Assembly (NCBI GenBank): GCA_937967955.1
Contig: CALBUB010000015.1
Location: 758-64,757, forward strand
DNA from: an uncultured Bacillota bacterium
GTDB lineage: Bacteria > Bacillota > Clostridia > Tissierellales > Tepidimicrobiaceae
DNA length: 64,000 nt
Direction of reading: 5' to 3'
Part shown: positions 9,295 to 19,282 of the stretch, in pieces
How positions within the stretch are numbered: the stretch's first letter is position 1
Layout of the letters: every line of letters begins with the position of its first letter
Made by a program: the position numbers and the translations under genes
Notes under the pieces: generated by a model
The model's database searches: none
What the model was told of the DNA's origin: nothing
The model's input: only the letters and a program-made list of their open reading frames with translations

Positions 9295-9900
9295 ATGACT
9301 AAAGGTTTTTTATTAGTTATATCAGGGCCATCTGGTAGTGGAAAAGGTACAGTTTGTAAAAGACTATTGGAGAGAAATAAGGATTTAGTTTTTTCAATAT
9401 CTGCTACTACTAGGAAAGCTAGAAAAGGAGAAGTTCATGGAGTTAATTATTTCTTTGTAGATGAAAAGACCTTTGATGAAATGGTAGCAAAAGGAGAGTT
9501 TTTAGAATATGCCTCTGTACATGGAAATAAATACGGTACTCCTAAACAATTTGTAGTTGACCATGTTAATAAAGGAGAAATTGTAATATTGGAGATAGAT
9601 GTACAAGGGGCATTACAAGTAAAAAAACTATATGAAGGAGCGGTTTTTGTATTCTTGCTTCCACCTAGTATGGAAGAGCTAAGGAATCGCATAGTTAAAA
9701 GAGGTACTGAAAGTAAAGAAGATATAGATATTAGACTAAGAAATGCAGTGGATGAATTAAAACTTGCATATGAATACGATTATATAGTGGTAAACGATAA
9801 AGTTGAAGAAGCTGTAGAAAAGATTGAAACTATAATAAAGGCTGAAAAATTAAGAGTGGAAAGAGCTCAGTATATAATAGATGAAATATTAAATATTTAA
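9295..9900 (+). CDS. gmk: Guanylate kinase
   Basis: P-loop GPSGSGKGT and the ISATTR motif. Confidence 0.95.
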   Translation: MTKGFLLVISGPSGSGKGTVCKRLLERNKDLVFSISATTRKARKGEVHGVNYFFVDEKTFDEMVAKGEFLEYASVHGNKYGTPKQFVVDHVNKGEIVILEIDVQGALQVKKLYEGAVFVFLLPPSMEELRNRIVKRGTESKEDIDIRLRNAVDELKLAYEYDYIVVNDKVEEAVEKIETIIKAEKLRVERAQYIIDEILNI

Positions 9901-9911
9901 GGAGGTTGCTT

Positions 9912-10118
9912 ATGTATATACCATCTCTTAATCAATTAGCAAAAGTTGGAGATAGTAGATATACTTTAGCCGTCCTTACAGCAAAAAGATCAAGACAGCT
10001 TATAGATGGTGCTAAGCCTCTAATTAAAACTAATTCAACAAAACCAGTAAGTATTGCTTTAGAAGAAATAGTTTTAGAGAAAGTTAAATATACTAGATAC
10101 GACAAAGAAAATGAGTAG
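9912..10118 (+). CDS. rpoZ: DNA-directed RNA polymerase subunit omega
   Basis: GGAGG at 9901-9905, 6 nt before ATG 9912. Product carries ..SRYTLAVLTAKRSRQL.. Synteny gmk-rpoZ-coaBC. Confidence 0.9.
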   Translation: MYIPSLNQLAKVGDSRYTLAVLTAKRSRQLIDGAKPLIKTNSTKPVSIALEEIVLEKVKYTRYDKENE

Positions 10119-10128
10119 GTGAATAAGA

Positions 10129-11334
10129 ATGCTTAGTAATAAAAATGTCATAGTAGGAGTATGTGGAGGGATAGCAGCTTATAAGGCTGCTGATTTAGTA
10201 AGTAGGCTCAAAAAACAAAATGCTAAGGTAGATGTAATAATGACAGAAAATGCAACTAAATTCGTTTCCCCCCTTACTTTTCAAACATTAGCCACAAGTC
10301 CAGTTTACGTTGATATGTTTGCAGAGCCGAAACATTTTGATGTGGAACACATTTCTTTAGCCAAAAGGGCAGATGTATTTATAATTGCCCCTGCCACAGC
10401 TAATGTAATAGGTAAAATAGCCAATGGAATTGCAGATGATTTACTAACTACAACCATAATGGCAACTAGAGCAAAAGTAATATTTGCTCCTGCAATGAAT
10501 ACCAATATGTATTTGAATCCAATAGTACAGAAAAATATAGCTTATTTAAGGGAATTAGGTTATGAGTTTATAGAACCTGGCACAGGAATGCTTGCCTGTA
10601 AAGACTATGGACCTGGTAGAATGGCAGAGCCTGCTGAAATAGTAGAATATATAATCCAAAGCTTTGTTGATAGGGATTTAGAGGGAAAAAGAATAGTTGT
10701 TACTGCAGGGCCTACAATAGAACCTTTAGACCCTGTCAGATATATGACTAACCATTCTAGTGGAAAAATGGGATATAATATTGCAAAGGTTGCAAAAGAT
10801 AGAGGTGCTGATGTAGTCCTTATAACTGGGCCTACCCATTTAGAGCCGCCAAAAGGAGTAAAAGTAGTAAGGGTAAATACCACTATGGAAATGTTTAAGG
10901 CTGTTGAAGAGGAATTTTCTTCTTGTCAAGTATTAATTAAAGCTGCAGCACCCTTGGATTTCAGACCTGAGCAAGTGAGTAATGAAAAAATAAAGAAAGA
11001 TAAAGATAATGACATTTTAAACATAAGATATGTTAGAAATCCCGATATTGCACAACATTTTGGCAAGATAAAAGAAGATAGGATAGTTGTTGGTTTTGCA
11101 GCGGAAACCAATAATTTAATCCAATATGCTAAAGAGAAATTAAGGAAGAAAAATCTAGACTTTATAGTTGCTAATAATATATTAAAAGAGGGTGCAGGTT
11201 TTAAAGGGGATACCAATATAGTGACTATTATTGACAAAGACGGGAATGTGGAAGATTATCCTGTTATGGATAAATATAAAGTTGCACAGCTTATATTGGA
11301 TAAAGTAAAATATCTATTAGACATGAAAAGCTAG
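10129..11334 (+). CDS. coaBC: Bifunctional phosphopantothenoylcysteine decarboxylase / phosphopantothenate-cysteine ligase
   Basis: 401 aa. N-terminal flavoprotein domain (VGVCGGIAAYKA) plus a C-terminal DFP domain. Confidence 0.95.
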   Translation: MLSNKNVIVGVCGGIAAYKAADLVSRLKKQNAKVDVIMTENATKFVSPLTFQTLATSPVYVDMFAEPKHFDVEHISLAKRADVFIIAPATANVIGKIANGIADDLLTTTIMATRAKVIFAPAMNTNMYLNPIVQKNIAYLRELGYEFIEPGTGMLACKDYGPGRMAEPAEIVEYIIQSFVDRDLEGKRIVVTAGPTIEPLDPVRYMTNHSSGKMGYNIAKVAKDRGADVVLITGPTHLEPPKGVKVVRVNTTMEMFKAVEEEFSSCQVLIKAAAPLDFRPEQVSNEKIKKDKDNDILNIRYVRNPDIAQHFGKIKEDRIVVGFAAETNNLIQYAKEKLRKKNLDFIVANNILKEGAGFKGDTNIVTIIDKDGNVEDYPVMDKYKVAQLILDKVKYLLDMKS

Positions 11335-11362
11335 ATTAATTTTCTAGCTTTTCATATTTGTC
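11323..11362 (+). terminator. Hairpin between coaBC and priA (possible partial terminator)
   Basis: Perfect 13-bp stem ATGAAAAGCTAGA / TCTAGCTTTTCAT overlapping the coaBC stop. Only a weak T tail (ATTTG). Confidence 0.4.
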
Positions 11363-11385
11363 TAATGATAAAAAGGATGGTATTA

Positions 11386-13863
11386 ATGGATAAAAAGTAT
11401 GCACAAGTTATAATCGACAACAAATCATCTAACACAGATAAACCTTATACATATATTATTGAACCCCATATGGTTGATGAAGTTCAAGTGGGTATGAGGG
11501 TGTTAGTTCCTTTTGGTAGAGGTAATAGGATAATTAAAGGGATAGTAATAGATATAAAAGATTTTGTAGAAAGTAATTATAAACTAAAAAGCATTATAGA
11601 TATTTTAGATGGGAAACCCCTCGTGTCTAAGGACATGATTGAATTGAGCCTTTGGATGGCTAAACACTATATGTGTTCCCATATAGATGCTTTAAAAACC
11701 GTGCTTCCACCTGGAGATTTTAAAGAAATTGAAACTTATATAACTAGGTTAAAAAAAACAATATCTGACCATAGCTTGACTCCTACAGAAAAGGAAATAC
11801 TAAAGATAATAGATGCCCATGATGGAAAAGTAGAATTAGAGAAAATAAAGGCACTTTTAAACAGTAAAAGTATAAACAAGCCAATTAAACATTTGGAAAA
11901 CATGGGGCTAATTAAAAGCCATTTTGAGATAAAAACTATTATTGAGAAAAAATATGAAAAGTATGTTTCTTTAAAGGATAGAAGCCTTACGAAAGAAGAA
12001 CTAATAGAGCTGATTGGAAAGAGGAGCTATAAGCAGCTGGAAATAGGGGAGTTTTTATTAAATGTAAATGAGATTTCCTTAAAAAATTTAATGGATAAAA
12101 CTAACAGCTCATTAGCTACAGTAAAAGCTTTGGAGAAAAAGGGGATAATAAGTATATATGACAGACAAATATATAGGAATCCTATAAAGAGAGATATAAA
12201 AGCCTATGAAAAACATACTTTGACAGCTGAACAGAAACATTGTTTAAATTCCATATTAAAAAGTATGGAAAACAATTCTGGATTTAATGATTTTTTAATA
12301 CATGGAGTAACTGGAAGTGGAAAAACAGAAATATACCTTCAGCTAGTAGAGAAGATGATAGAAAAGGGTAAGGATTCCATAGTATTAGTACCAGAGATAT
12401 CCCTAACCCCCCAGACCATAGATAGATTTGTAGGTAGATTTGGAAATAACGTAGCAGTATTGCATAGTAGATTATCCTATGGAGAAAAATTTGATGAATG
12501 GAGAAAAATAGAGGAAGGTAAAGTTAAGATTGCTATTGGTGCCCGCTCTGCAATTTTTGCACCCTTTAAGAATTTAGGGCTAATAATTATCGATGAAGAA
12601 CATGAGTCTACTTATAAATCTAGCATGAATCCTAAATATAATGCCATTGAGGTAGCTCAAAAAAGGTGTGAACAAGTGGGGGCCTATTTGGTTAGAGGTT
12701 CAGCTACACCGTCAGTTGAAAGCTACTACCAGTCCAAAGAAAACAATATAAGGTTGTTGACATTGAAGAATAGGATAAATAATAAAAAACTTCCTCATAT
12801 TGAAGTAGTAGATATGAGAGAAGAACTTAACAGCGGCAATAATACCATTTTCAGCCGACAATTATATAACTCTATAAAGGAGAACCTTGAAAAAAAGAAG
12901 CAAACTATCCTTTTTTTAAATAGGAGAGGCTATTCTACTTTCGTTTCCTGTAGGAAATGCGGTTATGTAATAAAGTGTAATGCTTGCAGTATCTCCATGA
13001 CTTACCACTTAAAAGAAAATAGGCTAAAATGCCATTATTGCGGGGCAGTAAAAGTTCCTCCAAAGATTTGTCCTGTTTGCAAAAGTAAGTATATTAAGTA
13101 TTTTGGAATTGGGACAGAAAAGGTAGAAGAATTTACTAAAAGGCTCTTTCCAAAAGCGGTAGTAAAGAGGATGGATATGGATACCACTTCTCGCAAGGGT
13201 AGTTACGATTCGATTATGGAAAAGATGAATAATAACAAAATTGATATATTGATTGGAACTCAGATGATAGCTAAAGGACTTGATTTTAAAAATGTTACTT
13301 TAGTTGGAGTAATTGCTGCAGATATTACTTTAAATCTACCAGACTATAGGGCATCAGAAAGGACATTCCAATTGATAACCCAAGTAGCAGGCAGGGCTGG
13401 AAGAGGAGAATTTGAAGGGAAAGTGATTGTTCAAACTTATAATCCAGAACATTACAGCATAGAATGTGCAAAGGCTTATGACTATGATGGCTTCTATGAA
13501 AAGGAGATATTACTCAGGGAAGAGTTTGCTTTTCCTCCCTTTACCAATATAATATCCATAGTCATATATGGAGAAGACAATAGATTAGTTGCAATTAGCT
13601 CTAGGGAGCTTTATAATGTATTAATAGAGGAAATGAAGGGAAATAGGCTTTATGATGTGTTAGAGAGCATTATAGGGCCATATCCAGCACCATTAGAAAA
13701 AATAAAGAACAACTATAGATACCAAATATTAATCAAATGCAAAGATGAGCATATTGATAAGTTAAGAGAAGTAATTAAATGGGTATGTATATTAAATAAG
13801 AAAAAAATCAATTTGGATAGTATTAAACTTAGCATTGATATCAACCCAAATTCAATATTATAG
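11386..13863 (+). CDS. priA: Primosomal replication restart helicase PriA
   Basis: Walker [14 protein letters not shown] box (IIIDEEHES), and a Cys-rich zinc region (CRKCG..CNAC..CHYCG..CPVC). Start ATG 11386 preferred; 11365 and 11377 are also possible. Confidence 0.93.
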   Translation: MDKKYAQVIIDNKSSNTDKPYTYIIEPHMVDEVQVGMRVLVPFGRGNRIIKGIVIDIKDFVESNYKLKSIIDILDGKPLVSKDMIELSLWMAKHYMCSHIDALKTVLPPGDFKEIETYITRLKKTISDHSLTPTEKEILKIIDAHDGKVELEKIKALLNSKSINKPIKHLENMGLIKSHFEIKTIIEKKYEKYVSLKDRSLTKEELIELIGKRSYKQLEIGEFLLNVNEISLKNLMDKTNSSLATVKALEKKGIISIYDRQIYRNPIKRDIKAYEKHTLTAEQKHCLNSILKSMENNSGFNDFLIHGVTGSGKTEIYLQLVEKMIEKGKDSIVLVPEISLTPQTIDRFVGRFGNNVAVLHSRLSYGEKFDEWRKIEEGKVKIAIGARSAIFAPFKNLGLIIIDEEHESTYKSSMNPKYNAIEVAQKRCEQVGAYLVRGSATPSVESYYQSKENNIRLLTLKNRINNKKLPHIEVVDMREELNSGNNTIFSRQLYNSIKENLEKKKQTILFLNRRGYSTFVSCRKCGYVIKCNACSISMTYHLKENRLKCHYCGAVKVPPKICPVCKSKYIKYFGIGTEKVEEFTKRLFPKAVVKRMDMDTTSRKGSYDSIMEKMNNNKIDILIGTQMIAKGLDFKNVTLVGVIAADITLNLPDYRASERTFQLITQVAGRAGRGEFEGKVIVQTYNPEHYSIECAKAYDYDGFYEKEILLREEFAFPPFTNIISIVIYGEDNRLVAISSRELYNVLIEEMKGNRLYDVLESIIGPYPAPLEKIKNNYRYQILIKCKDEHIDKLREVIKWVCILNKKKINLDSIKLSIDINPNSIL

Positions 13864-13876
13864 GAGGAAGAAAAAT

Positions 13877-14338
13877 ATGGCGATTAGACAATTAAGATAT
13901 CTTGGGGATCCAATCTTAAGAAAGGTTTCAAGAGAGGTTACAGAAATTAATGAAAGAATTAAAACTTTATTAGAAGATATGGTAGAGACTATGTATGAAT
14001 ATGATGGAGTAGGTTTAGCAGCACCACAAGTTGGAGTTTTAAGAAGGGTTATAGTTATAGATGTAGGAGAAGGCCCTATAAAGATGATAAATCCTGAAAT
14101 AATAGAAGAAGAAGGAGAGAGTATTGATATAGAAGGCTGTTTGAGTATTCCAAATAGATCTGGAACTGTTAAAAGGCCAGAAAAATTAAAAGTAAAGTAT
14201 TTAGATGAAAAGGGAGAAGAAAAAATATTAGAAGGAACAGGCCTTTTAGCTAGAGCATTATGTCATGAAATAGACCATTTAAATGGAGTACTATTTATCG
14301 ATAAAATGATTGAAGAAATAGAAATTGACCAAAACTAA
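13877..14338 (+). CDS. def: Peptide deformylase
   Basis: Motifs [13 protein letters not shown] and HEIDHL. SD AGGAGGA before ATG 13877. Confidence 0.95.
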   Translation: MAIRQLRYLGDPILRKVSREVTEINERIKTLLEDMVETMYEYDGVGLAAPQVGVLRRVIVIDVGEGPIKMINPEIIEEEGESIDIEGCLSIPNRSGTVKRPEKLKVKYLDEKGEEKILEGTGLLARALCHEIDHLNGVLFIDKMIEEIEIDQN

Positions 14339-14360
14339 CGATTAGCTTTGAGGTGATATT

Positions 14361-15290
14361 GTGAAAATTGTTTTTATGGGAACACCAGAGTTCGCAGTAC
14401 CAACTTTGGATGCCTTATACAATAGTGGACATAACATTGCCTTAGTAATAACCCAGCAGGATAAACCAAAAGGTAGAGGCAAAAAGGTACTTCCTACACC
14501 TGTAAAAGAGAAGGCATTAGAGTTAGACTTGGAAGTTTATCAGCCAACTTCAGTTAATTCGCAGGAAGCTATAAATAGATTGAAAGAAATAAAGCCAGAT
14601 TGTATAGTTGTGGCAGCTTTTGGGCAAATTTTAAAGAAAGAAGTATTAAACATTCCTAAATATGGCTGTTTAAATGTTCATGCTTCTTTACTACCTAAAT
14701 ATAGAGGAGCAGCACCTATTAATTGGGCTGTAATAAATGGGGAAGAAAAGACTGGAATAACTATTATGGAAATGGATGAAGGCTTGGATACAGGCAATAT
14801 ACTTAAAATGAGGGAAATTCCAATAGAAGAAGATGATGACTCTTCTACTATAGCCCATAAGTTGGCAATATTGGGCGGTCAATTAATTGTTGAAACCTTA
14901 GATGATATAGAAAAGGGTAACATAACTAAAATACCCCAAGATGATAAACTATCAACTTATGCTCCTATGTTATCTAAGAAAATGGGAAGAATTGACTGGA
15001 ATGAAAATGGAGAAAATATTAAAAATTTGGTTCGTGGTCTAAAACCATGGCCATTGGCTTTTACAGTATATAAGGGACAAAATATAAAAGTCCATAAAGT
15101 AAGAAAGGTAGAAAAGTTTTCAGATAAACCTAATGGTACAGTTGTAAAAGTTTCCAAGGAAGGAATATTTGTTAATTGCAAAGATTCATGTATAGTTATT
15201 GAGGAACTTCAATTTCCAGGTAAAAAGAAATTGCACGTAGAAGAATACCTTAGAGGAAATCAATTTGACGAAGGTGTTGTATTAGGATAA
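14361..15290 (+). CDS. fmt: Methionyl-tRNA formyltransferase
   Basis: HASLLPKYRGAAPI motif; def-fmt synteny. GTG start after GAGGTGA. Confidence 0.95.
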   Translation: MKIVFMGTPEFAVPTLDALYNSGHNIALVITQQDKPKGRGKKVLPTPVKEKALELDLEVYQPTSVNSQEAINRLKEIKPDCIVVAAFGQILKKEVLNIPKYGCLNVHASLLPKYRGAAPINWAVINGEEKTGITIMEMDEGLDTGNILKMREIPIEEDDDSSTIAHKLAILGGQLIVETLDDIEKGNITKIPQDDKLSTYAPMLSKKMGRIDWNENGENIKNLVRGLKPWPLAFTVYKGQNIKVHKVRKVEKFSDKPNGTVVKVSKEGIFVNCKDSCIVIEELQFPGKKKLHVEEYLRGNQFDEGVVLG

Positions 15291-15312
15291 TTATGCGATT
15301 GGAGGTGTAAAA

Positions 15313-16014
15313 ATGTACGGAGGCTACTATTACTATGGAGGGATTGATTCCAGCTGGTTTGTATTTTTAATGATAGCCTTAGCAGTATCCCTATATGCCC
15401 AATTTAAAGTTTCGTCTACTTTTAAAAAGTTTTTGAGGGTGCCAAGTAGTTCAAATTATACTGGAAGTGAAATAGCTAGGCTTATACTTGATAGAAATGG
15501 ACTATATGATGTAAGAGTAGAACCTATTGCTGGACACTTAACTGATCACTATGACCCGAGACACAGGGTGGTAAGATTGTCGCCAAATGTATATAATGGA
15601 AGTTCAATTGCTTCAATTTCAGTAGCTGCTCACGAAGTAGGCCATGCTATTCAACATGCAGAAGGCTATTTCCCCCTTGTATTAAGAAATAATATAGCTC
15701 CTATAGTAAGCTTTAGTTCCAAATTTATTTGGCTTTTGGTATTTTTAGGCTTTGTAGTAAGTCCTTTTTACCTAGAACTAGGCATAGCACTTTATCTAGG
15801 TATAGTTTTATTCCAAGTAATTACCTTACCAGTTGAGTTTAATGCAAGTAGGAGAGCCTTATACCAATTAGAAAGTGGCTTAGTTTATGGAAGTGAGATA
15901 GAATCTTCAAAGAAGGTTTTAAGTGCAGCGGCATTGACTTATGTAGCAGCCACATTAGTATCTATTGCTGAATTGTTAAGGCTTTTAGCTATAGCTGGTA
16001 GAAGAAGAGATTAA
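15313..16014 (+). CDS. Membrane zinc metallopeptidase (Zn_peptidase_2 / YugP-like)
   Basis: HEVGHAIQH zinc motif with N- and C-terminal hydrophobic spans. Confidence 0.85.
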   Translation: MYGGYYYYGGIDSSWFVFLMIALAVSLYAQFKVSSTFKKFLRVPSSSNYTGSEIARLILDRNGLYDVRVEPIAGHLTDHYDPRHRVVRLSPNVYNGSSIASISVAAHEVGHAIQHAEGYFPLVLRNNIAPIVSFSSKFIWLLVFLGFVVSPFYLELGIALYLGIVLFQVITLPVEFNASRRALYQLESGLVYGSEIESSKKVLSAAALTYVAATLVSIAELLRLLAIAGRRRD

Positions 16015-16021
16015 GATTAGA

Positions 16022-16054
16022 TTTGCCTGGAATTATCCAGGCAAAAATATTTTA
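16022..16054 (+). terminator. Rho-independent terminator
   Basis: Perfect 10-bp stem TTTGCCTGGA / TCCAGGCAAA, loop ATTA, tail AATATTTTAT. Confidence 0.8.
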
Positions 16055-16069
16055 TAAGGAGAGTTAAGG

Positions 16070-17419
16070 ATGAAGCCGAGAGAAATTGCTTTGAAAGTAT
16101 TAATGGATATGCGTCAAAAAGGAGCTTACTCTAACTATTCTATTAACAAATACCTAAACCAAAAAATAGAGCCAAAAGATGAAGGCCTAGTTAGAGAAAT
16201 AGTGTATGGGGTTATAGAGAACCTCACATATATAGATTATATAATTTCTAAGCTATCAAAGAAGAAAATTGAAAAGATCCACCCGATAATTTTAGATATA
16301 TTGAGAATTGGAGTATATCAAATAGCATTTATGGACAAAATCCCTGCTAGGGCAGCAGTTAATGAAGCTGTAAATTTAGGAAAAAAATATTTACATAAAG
16401 GAGCTGCAGGTTTTATTAATGGTATACTTCGAAATTTCTCAAGAAGAAAAGATGAATTGATGAAAATAAGGTCTAAAGACAAGCTGGAGTTTTTATCAAT
16501 CAAATATTCCCATCCCCAATGGCTGATAAATAGATGGATAAAAGCTTATGAGGAAGAATTTACTGAAGAACTATTAAAAGCCAATAATTCTAGGTCTAAG
16601 CTAAATTTACGTGTAAATACTCTTAAGACGGATAAGGATACCCTTATTAAAGCTTTAGCTGATTATGGATATATAGCGTATGAAACCAAATATGCAAAGG
16701 ACGGCATTGTTGTAGAAAATCCTGTAAGAATAACTGAAATTGAAGAATTTAAAAAGGGTCATTTTACAATCCAAGATGAAAGCAGCATGTTAGTTGGTCA
16801 AATTGCAAATCCTACAGAAAACAGTGTAATATTAGACTTATGTAGTGCTCCAGGAGGAAAAGCAACTCACTTGGCTCAGCTTATGAACAATAAGGGTAGA
16901 ATAATATGCTGGGATATATATGAACATAAGCTGGAACTTGTAAGAGAAAATGCTAATAGATTAGGGATAGATATAATAGAAACTAGATTGCAAGACGCTC
17001 AAATATTAGATAAAGACATGATAGAAATTGCTGATATATGTATTGTAGATGCTCCCTGTTCTGGCCTTGGAATTATAAGGAGAAGGCCTGAAATCAAATG
17101 GAATAGAAAAGAAAAGGATATAGAAGCTTTAGTAAAGCTTCAAAAAAATATTCTTAAGAATGCTAGTAAGTATGTTAAACCTGGTGGCTTGCTTATATAT
17201 AGCACTTGTACAATAGAAGAGAAAGAGAATATAGATATGGTGAAAGAATTTTTAAATGAGAATAAGGCTTTTACTTTATCAGCTTTTGATGGATTAATTA
17301 ATTGTGATGAGAAAATGGAGACCTCAAAAGATGGCTATATCCAAATGTTTCCCCATATTCACGGAACCGATGGCTTTTTTATTGCAAGAATTAGAAAGAA
17401 AAATAATAAAAATTCTTAA
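16070..17419 (+). CDS. rsmB: 16S rRNA (cytosine967-C5)-methyltransferase RsmB
   Basis: N-terminal NusB-like domain. SAM methyltransferase motifs SAPGGKATH, DAPCSGLG and YSTCT. Confidence 0.92.
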   Translation: MKPREIALKVLMDMRQKGAYSNYSINKYLNQKIEPKDEGLVREIVYGVIENLTYIDYIISKLSKKKIEKIHPIILDILRIGVYQIAFMDKIPARAAVNEAVNLGKKYLHKGAAGFINGILRNFSRRKDELMKIRSKDKLEFLSIKYSHPQWLINRWIKAYEEEFTEELLKANNSRSKLNLRVNTLKTDKDTLIKALADYGYIAYETKYAKDGIVVENPVRITEIEEFKKGHFTIQDESSMLVGQIANPTENSVILDLCSAPGGKATHLAQLMNNKGRIICWDIYEHKLELVRENANRLGIDIIETRLQDAQILDKDMIEIADICIVDAPCSGLGIIRRRPEIKWNRKEKDIEALVKLQKNILKNASKYVKPGGLLIYSTCTIEEKENIDMVKEFLNENKAFTLSAFDGLINCDEKMETSKDGYIQMFPHIHGTDGFFIARIRKKNNKNS

Positions 17420-17464
17420 TGATATGTTATAATATAAAATTAAGAGTGCATAAGAGGTGATTTA

Positions 17465-18514
17465 TTGAAAAAAATCCAATTAAACAATTTAACATATGAA
17501 GAATTAGAATACTTTTTTGAAAGTATTGGTGAGGAAAGATATAGGGCTCAACAGCTATTTATTTTCTTACATAAAAATTTTGGGAAAGATTTTCAAAAGC
17601 TTACTAACTTTTCGAAAAAATTACGGGACAAGCTAAGTAATGTAGCAGAAATAAATAGAATAAGTCTTCTAAAAAGGTTTGATTCTAAAATAGATGAAAC
17701 GAAGAAATACCTCTTCTTGCTGGAAGATGGGAACATAATTGAAAGTGTTTTAATGAAGTATACTCACGGTTTTACAGTTTGCATATCTACACAGGTTGGC
17801 TGTAGAATGGGTTGTAAATTTTGTGCTTCAACAAAAGGTGGGCTTATAAGGAACCTATATCCTTCTGAAATGGTAAACCAAATATATGCTATTGAGGAGG
17901 ATTTAAACATAAGGGTAAGCAATATAGTTTTGATGGGAAGTGGAGAGCCCTTGGATAATTATGAAAACGTTCTAAAGTTTCTTCAGCTTATCCATCATAA
18001 AAAAGGCCATAATATTAGTTTCAGAAATATAACATTGTCTACTTGTGGGATTGTGCCTAAAATATATGCTTTAGCTGAAGCAGAAATCCCAATAACTTTA
18101 TCTATTTCCCTCCATTCACCCTTTGATAATATTAGAAGGGAAATAATGCCAATAGCTAAGAGGTACTCAATAAGTGAGCTTTTAGAAGCTTGTAAGTATT
18201 ATAATAATAAAACTAAAAGGAGAATTACCATTGAATATACTTTGGTGGCAGATGTTAATGATAGAGATGAGGATTTAATGGAATTATGTAAGTTGCTGAA
18301 GGACTTAAATTGTCATGTAAACTTAATTCCATTAAACCCCATAAAGGAGTTTAATAAGAAGAGAGCCAACATAAAAAATATTAATAAATTTTGCACAGTA
18401 CTTAAAAACAACGGCATACCTGTAACAATCAGAAGGGAGATGGGAGCAGATATTGATGCAGCTTGTGGTCAGTTAAGAAGAAGGTTTATAGAAAATGGTT
18501 TTATATTGCAGTGA
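17465..18514 (+). CDS. rlmN: Radical SAM 23S rRNA/tRNA adenine-C2 methyltransferase RlmN
   Basis: CRMGCKFCAS radical-SAM cluster and the GSGEPL motif. TTG start after GAGGTGA. Confidence 0.92.
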   Translation: MKKIQLNNLTYEELEYFFESIGEERYRAQQLFIFLHKNFGKDFQKLTNFSKKLRDKLSNVAEINRISLLKRFDSKIDETKKYLFLLEDGNIIESVLMKYTHGFTVCISTQVGCRMGCKFCASTKGGLIRNLYPSEMVNQIYAIEEDLNIRVSNIVLMGSGEPLDNYENVLKFLQLIHHKKGHNISFRNITLSTCGIVPKIYALAEAEIPITLSISLHSPFDNIRREIMPIAKRYSISELLEACKYYNNKTKRRITIEYTLVADVNDRDEDLMELCKLLKDLNCHVNLIPLNPIKEFNKKRANIKNINKFCTVLKNNGIPVTIRREMGADIDAACGQLRRRFIENGFILQ

Positions 18515-18527
18515 TGAGGTGGTCTAT

Positions 18528-19268
18528 ATGGAAATTGGCGTAAAAACGAGCAAGGGAAAAATAAGGGAGATTAATCAAGATTCTTACTATATATCTACAG
18601 ATAGGAAATACCCTTTGTTTATAATTGCTGACGGCATGGGAGGACATAAGGCAGGAGAAATAGCCTCTAAGATGGCTGTAGAAATAATAAGTTCTACTTT
18701 TTTAAATGAAATAAAGGATAAAGGTGTAGAATTAGATGATGACATCCTTATTAATGCAATTAGGAATTCCATATATAAGGCCAATGAAGAGATATATAAG
18801 AAATCCATTGAAAACGAAGAATATTCAGGAATGGGTACCACAGTTACAATGGCTTATGAGAGTAAGGATAAGCTTTTTATTGGCCATGTAGGAGATAGCA
18901 GAGCTTACCTATTTAGGGGCAATAATCTATATCAACTTACAAAAGATCATTCTCTTGTAGAAGAACTTATCAATAATGGAAGTATTACAAGGGAAGAGGC
19001 TAGATTCCATCCTCAAAAGAATATAATCACAAGGGCCTTAGGAACGGATGAAGATGTAGAAATAGATTTACTGGTTAAAGAAAAATTAGAAGGGGATATA
19101 TTGCTGTTGTGCACTGATGGATTAACCAATATGTTGAATGATAACGAAATTAAGGAATTACTTATTGAAAACCAGGATATACAAAAAGCTTGTGAGCTTA
19201 TGGTTCAGCTTTCCAATGAAAAAGGTGGCCTGGACAATATCTCAGTTGTAGCAGTTAAATTTAAGTAA
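18528..19268 (+). CDS. prpC: PP2C-family Ser/Thr phosphatase (PrpC/Stp)
   Basis: ADGMGGH and CTDGLTN motifs. GAGGTGG before ATG 18528. Paired with prkC. Confidence 0.9.
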   Translation: MEIGVKTSKGKIREINQDSYYISTDRKYPLFIIADGMGGHKAGEIASKMAVEIISSTFLNEIKDKGVELDDDILINAIRNSIYKANEEIYKKSIENEEYSGMGTTVTMAYESKDKLFIGHVGDSRAYLFRGNNLYQLTKDHSLVEELINNGSITREEARFHPQKNIITRALGTDEDVEIDLLVKEKLEGDILLLCTDGLTNMLNDNEIKELLIENQDIQKACELMVQLSNEKGGLDNISVVAVKFK

Positions 19269-19282
19269 AGTGAGGTGAGAAT